A DNA stretch of 64,000 nt from Histomonas meleagridis 2922-C6/04-290x (Eukaryota > Protista > Parabasalia), in the NCBI GenBank assembly GCA_020184695.1, contig JAANOX010000195.1, forward strand, positions 50,862 to 114,861. Direction: 5' to 3'. Each line of letters opens with the position of its first letter. Within the stretch, counting starts at the first letter, position 1. Positions 61,316 to 64,000 of this stretch are shown one piece after another. The position numbers and the translations under genes are program-made. Below the pieces are notes generated by a model that was not told the DNA's origin, ran no database searches, and saw only the letters and a program-made list of their open reading frames with translations.

Positions 61316-61694
61316 AGCACAAAAATGATTTCGAATATTTTTTTAGCTCAAAATTTGTGTTATTGGTGTTGATACTTTTAATAATTCCGAAGTTTCTTAA
61401 AATCTTTTCCAGGGAACATTTGCGGAAAATGAGACACTTGAAGAGGGTGGTTCGATGGCTTTGAAATCGGCGTCATTAAATTTTGGTTGCAAATCAATAT
61501 TTGCACCAAAGCTAAAAAAATTTATTTTTGAACAAATTTTTGAGCCGAACAATAACTTTACTAAAATCAATGAAATTAAAGAAAAAGATAAAATGAAATT
61601 TGATAATTGATCCAAAAAATCCATTTTATAACACAAAAGTTGAACTCAATCGCATTTCCATAGTAAGTAACAAATAAGAACAAAAAACATTTAA

Positions 61695-62900
61695 TCACAT
61701 ATCCAAATAGTCTTCGAACACATCGAATTTTCCGCCATCTCCCATCACTTCTGTACCCGCAAAAGCGTCCATATTCTGCCCAAAGTCGAATTCCTCCTGT
61801 TGCTGCTGGTTTTCTTCTTTTACCTCAGTTTCCGGTTGCGGTGGCTGTTGTTGGACCATCATTTGCACGTTTGGTGACTGTGCTGCCTTAATCATTTCGT
61901 ACGTCTGTTGTGAGAACACCAATTGTTGTAATGTAGTTGCGTGTCGACAAATAGGACAAACCCAATTTCTTATAATTGTTGCTCGCTTCATATATTCCTT
62001 TAAATCGAAGCATTGCGGATGTGCACAGTTTATACCTTTCCTGATACTTATAAGTTTCCTGTGAGTGGACATATTAAACTGACATTTTCGGAGGATTGAA
62101 TACACTTTGGTCAGTATTGTTCATCTGTATTTGTGCAACAATACTATTGAAGGATTGATACTTGGCAACCCTAATTAGGAGTGCAAATGGCTCGCTTTCT
62201 TTCTGGCAGTTGATGTGAACGATAGAATTGGCGCCAAATTCAAAAGTGTCAATCAACGGAAAGTTGAAAAGTCCGGGCGCTTTGACTTGTTGACCATTGA
62301 CGTAGATGGAGAAAGAAGGTGGCCAACGAACTATTGCTGGTGCAACGCCAACAATGAATGATTTGAACAAACATGGGTATCTGGTGAAAGTGGAGGAACT
62401 TGAAAGCTTAAGTTAAAATCAGCTAGACCAATGGCAATGGGCTTTGAAAATCATGTTTTTCTTCTTCACAAATGACAATCGAACATCAACAAAATCAGAG
62501 GAAAAACTGGACCAAGTCGAGGAGCTGAGAGGTGTCCACCCTGGAGCAGAATTAGAGGTGGTGGCGGCTGTGGGTACATACTGTTAAATTGTTGTTGTTT
62601 CAAAACCGAATCTATTGCTAATAGGAAATACTAGCAATGGCAGTTCTGGTCATTGGGTGGAACAGAGCTGAGAAATCGATAAAGGCCTTCTAAAGTTGGT
62701 GGATTGACATTGGTAAATTTGGCTATTTACGTGCATGATATTTGGTGGATAAGTTGGATATTTTTGTAAAGAGATACTCACGTTCCGAGAATCAGGACCA
62801 TTAATGTCATGAAGTCTGAAAGAAAGCATGTGAAAGATTTTGGTTTGGTAAAAATGGAGAACCTGTTGGTTCCACTTCAAACGAGCCAGCGTTTCGACGT
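61695..62900 (-). CDS. MIZ/SP-RING zinc-finger protein (PIAS/Siz/Zmiz-like SUMO E3), frameshifted in this sequence
   Basis: VSLICPLTG in one frame and GINCAHPQCFDL..WVCPIC in another; Q/P-rich upstream region in broken frames; 5' end approximate. Confidence 0.78.
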
Positions 62901-63260
62901 TTCCGCTGAATGTCTTGTACCGTTAATTGTGGTGGGTGAAATTATTTCAAATTAAGAACACCATTCGTGCGTTTTTAAAGGATATTTTAATGATTTAAAA
63001 CGATATTTCTTATTTTAAATAAAAAAATTTAATGAAGAATTCCTGATATATTTCACCCTATATCAAATAACAAAAATGCAAAAGGGAAAGATGAAATGTC
63101 CTCGTTTGAATTTTATTGCTTTGTAATTATCCCACAAGAATGAGATTCATGACAAAATTTTTAACTTTGTAGAAAAGCCGTGATTTTTGGCAACCAGATT
63201 TGATCTCAAATTTTCAAACTAAAACCGATAATCAAAAGGTCATGGCCAAACCTGACTTTT

Positions 63261-64000
63261 ATGAAATGAAATTTCATATCAAATGATCTCAGCATCTCTG
63301 TAATCCTCTAATTGATGCCACAGTAGAAGTTGAAGAACCTTTATTTAAAGAAATGGGGTTTGAAAGAACGATGATGCTATTTTGGCTGATTCACGTTATC
63401 GTGCCATTAATTTGATGAAATTGTTAAGAATAAGTGACTTTTCTCATGACATGTGGTGGTGCTTGCCAAAACACCCTGTCATGAGTCAATGGATGATGCA
63501 AATGAAGGAGAAACAGCAATAGTAGGAGGTGTTGAAATGATTCCAATCAAGAAGTTCTTTCGAAAATCATGAAAACATGGTGTACAATGTCTTTACTCAA
63601 ATGAGTGAAGGACAATTTACAGGTTGTAGTGCAATTTTAGTATGCAATGGAAATCGTTCAATTGTTGCATCTGTTGCTGCAGCAGGCCAATTTGACTTTG
63701 AACGCTGGGATAATCCAGATGTAATGGCAGCTTTTGATAAGGCAAAAGTTGTTTTACTAAGTACATTTTTCTTACGTTCTTCAGATCGCACAGGCTTAGC
63801 TGTTGCATCGGAGTGTCGTAGCCGGAATATTCCACTTGCTATCAGCCTTTCGTCACCAACAGCTATTGATCTGGAAGATAATAATACTTCGTGAGTTATT
63901 TAGGGTTTCAAGTATTGTTTTTGGAAATAATACTGAAATCATTTCTGTCTTGCTAAGAAGTTAAAGCTAATCACATCCGATTCTGTTGATATCAGCAGTT
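63261..64000 (+). CDS. Adenosine kinase-like PfkB carbohydrate kinase, frameshifted, runs off window
   Basis: CNPLIDAT, CGGACQNT..SQWMMQ, TGCSAILVCNGNRSIVA, IVFGNNTE spread over several frames; start approximate. Confidence 0.78.

Noticed and set aside
61397-61636. 79-aa minus-strand ORF
   Set aside because: Non-ATG start, no homology recognised, lies in the error-prone region.

Overview
Very AT-rich, gene-dense eukaryotic DNA that looks parabasalid (trichomonad; Tritrichomonas-like by inference). The call rests on an initiator-binding-domain protein, BspA-like surface proteins, DUF3447-type ankyrin proteins, an R2R3 Myb and CCTTT (M5-like) elements before ribosomal protein genes. About 35 mostly uninterrupted genes are present, plus tRNA-Lys(CTT), a ~133-bp MITE and several gene relics. 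The standout is two ankyrin genes (28325..~32500 + and ~57521..60720 -) whose repeats are cut into stop-free ~90-nt ankyrin modules separated by AT-rich, stop-containing, frame-breaking spacers of almost always 80 nt (period 170 nt). No GT-AG pair restores the frame, and the length holds even where spacer sequences have diverged. This is a candidate non-canonical intron or translational-bypass system; a decayed satellite-like array is the main alternative, and RNA or protein data are needed. The last ~2.7 kb shows many 1-nt homopolymer losses that are probably assembly errors.
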